From: Botryllus schlosseri
Taxonomy: Eukaryota
DNA: 64,000 nt
Assembly (NCBI GenBank): GCA_051294905.1
Contig: CM119373.1
Coordinates: forward strand, 1 to 64,000
Reading direction: 5' to 3'
This document shows positions 61,818-64,000 of the stretch, piece after piece (position 1 is the stretch's first letter; the number at the start of each line of letters is the position of its first letter). The notes under the pieces were generated by a model, which did no database searches, was not told where the DNA came from, and was given only the letters and a program-made list of their open reading frames with translations. A program made the position numbers and the translations under genes.

Positions 61818-64000
61818 GTTCCGGAAAAAACAATATCGAAATGGTACACCGCTTCGGATACATGACAACGTCACCTGCAGTTTTTTTATCGCTATTACGA
61901 GCGATCTAAATGTCACAATGTGCACTCCTTGGAGATATCGCAAACCAAGAATTGATATGTCATGCACAACTCCAGTGAATAGGTATGGATGTGGTTCTCA
62001 AGTTTTCTTCTTCTCGGACCCGTTAAGGACCGCCACGGACGCCTGCGGGTCTCCTCACCTTTTATTGCAAATTTAGTTCAATTATAGTGAAATCGTTATC
62101 TGTATTGTGCAAATACTAACTCTAGACTGGTAATAAACCACAGCTAAATGACTTTTCTTGAAAATAACATTTTACTGTCTATGTAGAAATTGGGTGGGAT
62201 TTTATTATTTCAAAATAGATCCTACAACTGTATTTTCAGAATACATGGTTCTGTGTTGAAATCTCACGTTTCCTATTTGATATGAACGAGTGCTTGAAAT
62301 CCATTTCCAAAATGAGAGATCAATGTGATAATAACCCGTAACGCTTTCGACGACACATTTGGGTATGATCGCAACAAATATGGCACCAAAATTGAGAAGC
62401 AGATTTTTGCTGAACATATAATGTCCAGCCTGGTCATTTTTAAGTGGCAGTTAATTTTCAATTTACTATGGAATAGTGGTTATGTTTATCACAAGAAAAA
62501 TGAATTTCTGCAAACATTTTGAAGTCATTGTGATTGACCTTACTATTCTACTTTTCAATTTAACAGAGTCCTCAACAAAGGATATTACAACAGCACTTAT
62601 AGGTTTGTATCAGTAGGCTATTGGCAATTTAGCAATTAAAATGAGTCTGCACAGTACAATATTTCATCTCAGATGGCCACTTTTTTGATGTGAGCCCTGG
62701 ACTTTTACTAGTAATGCCGAAGCGAAACTGGCTCGTGATTTCTCTAATTAAAAATACGAATTAGGTAAGCAATCATCTGTATCTTTAGAGGTTTTGCGGA
62801 GCCCCTAAAAATGCTTCGCAAAACCGCCGTTGAGAACCACCGCTCCAAGGGGTCCAATTGATAAGACGTATAAATGCAGCGCTTTTATCATTTCTTGAAA
62901 AATATTGTGTAAACGACTTGATGTAAACGTCTACAATATGTCACTTTTATGTGGTATTCACTGTCATAAATATCTTTTATTACAGTTTCTAAAATATATA
63001 AGTTGGGCGTCATTACAATGATATGGCAATTTTTTGACTTTAGCAATATTTTGTAATGACAATACCTTCAGTTATTGAATAACTATTAAGAAGGAAAGAT
63101 CAATTTTTGTCGTTGTACTGTCAATAGACTTGAACCCTCAGATGTGCATTTTTAGTTTGATTAGAACCGTCAGTTTAAGTCAATATTTGAGTGGATATAT
63201 AATTCCATTTTTTATTGTTGCGACCAAACAATATTTTTTGACTTGCTCTCTAGCCAGAGGTGGTCAAAGCAGTCAAGAATACTACTCAAGTGGCAGTAGA
63301 ATTAGCGATGAAAAAATATACTCAAGTACGAGTAGAAGTACTTCTTTCATAAGCAACCTAAAACTACTTGAAGTAGAAGTAGAATTGACTGACTTTAAAT
63401 CTACTCAAGTAAGTAGTTGTGAAAACGATCGTAATTCGTTCGCATGGACAATCAAAATTTCAAATGGAGATATGGGGAAGGTGTAGAGAGCTTGATTCAT
63501 ATTAATTCATCCCAGGAAGTGTCAATTTTTGACAGAATAAGCAGTCGTGAACATCGTGTGATTGACATGTAAATATGATACTAATCCTTTGTTAACTCGA
63601 ACACTCTGTTTTAGAGAATATCATGGCATGGCGCCCTCCCCCATATTATAAGGCCTCTAGTTCAGTCGAAGAGCACTACGGAGAGGTTGTATAGGATGCA
63701 GCTTCAACACTTTGCGCGATTAGTACACGTTAATTAAAAAAATGGAAGATCCTAAAAATGCCATATAGTGTATAGCTTCATTTTCGGAAAATATAAGGCA
63801 TTGCTGCACTTGCTTCTATACTTCAACATGTATGTTTTCCAGACAGAAGAACTGAAACTATAATTAGAACTTAACTTATAATACTCGTAATTGAAAGAAA
63901 AATACCAATACTAGTTCTAAAAAGCGGAAAATATATTTCATGTCTTTTGTTCAGTAATTTTCAACTGTGTTCTGCCAAAACAGGTCTAAGGGGGTCTAAC

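Overview
Eukaryotic, probably marine-invertebrate, DNA (TTAGGG-type telomere repeats, ~60-nt GT-AG introns, many hAT MITEs). A tunicate-like source is my inference only. The left 27.5 kb holds two head-to-tail copies of one composite element. Copy 1 runs off the left edge to 18816; copy 2 is complete at about 18879-27459. Each copy carries a 175-bp satellite array (about 82 units visible in copy 1), a CpG-rich internally duplicated region and a spliced 8-exon gene the ORF track only shows in fragments. Assembled by hand, that gene encodes a ~696-aa protein with two C2H2-like zinc fingers, a tyrosine-recombinase catalytic domain, a 47-aa acidic repeat linker and a possible Myb/SANT-like C-terminus. 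The copies are separated by (CCCTAA)10, and copy 2 is bounded on both sides by CCCTAACC. This looks like a telomere-repeat-targeted, RT-less tyrosine-recombinase DNA element carrying satellite cargo, and it is the main candidate for a new system here. The right 36 kb is AT-rich host DNA with a 1.64-kb near-perfect inverted duplication, a four-level nest of hAT MITEs with matching TSDs, other MITEs, tRNA-derived SINEs and a minus-strand IRE1/RNase L-like kinase-KEN gene with a second IRE1-like kinase exon upstream.
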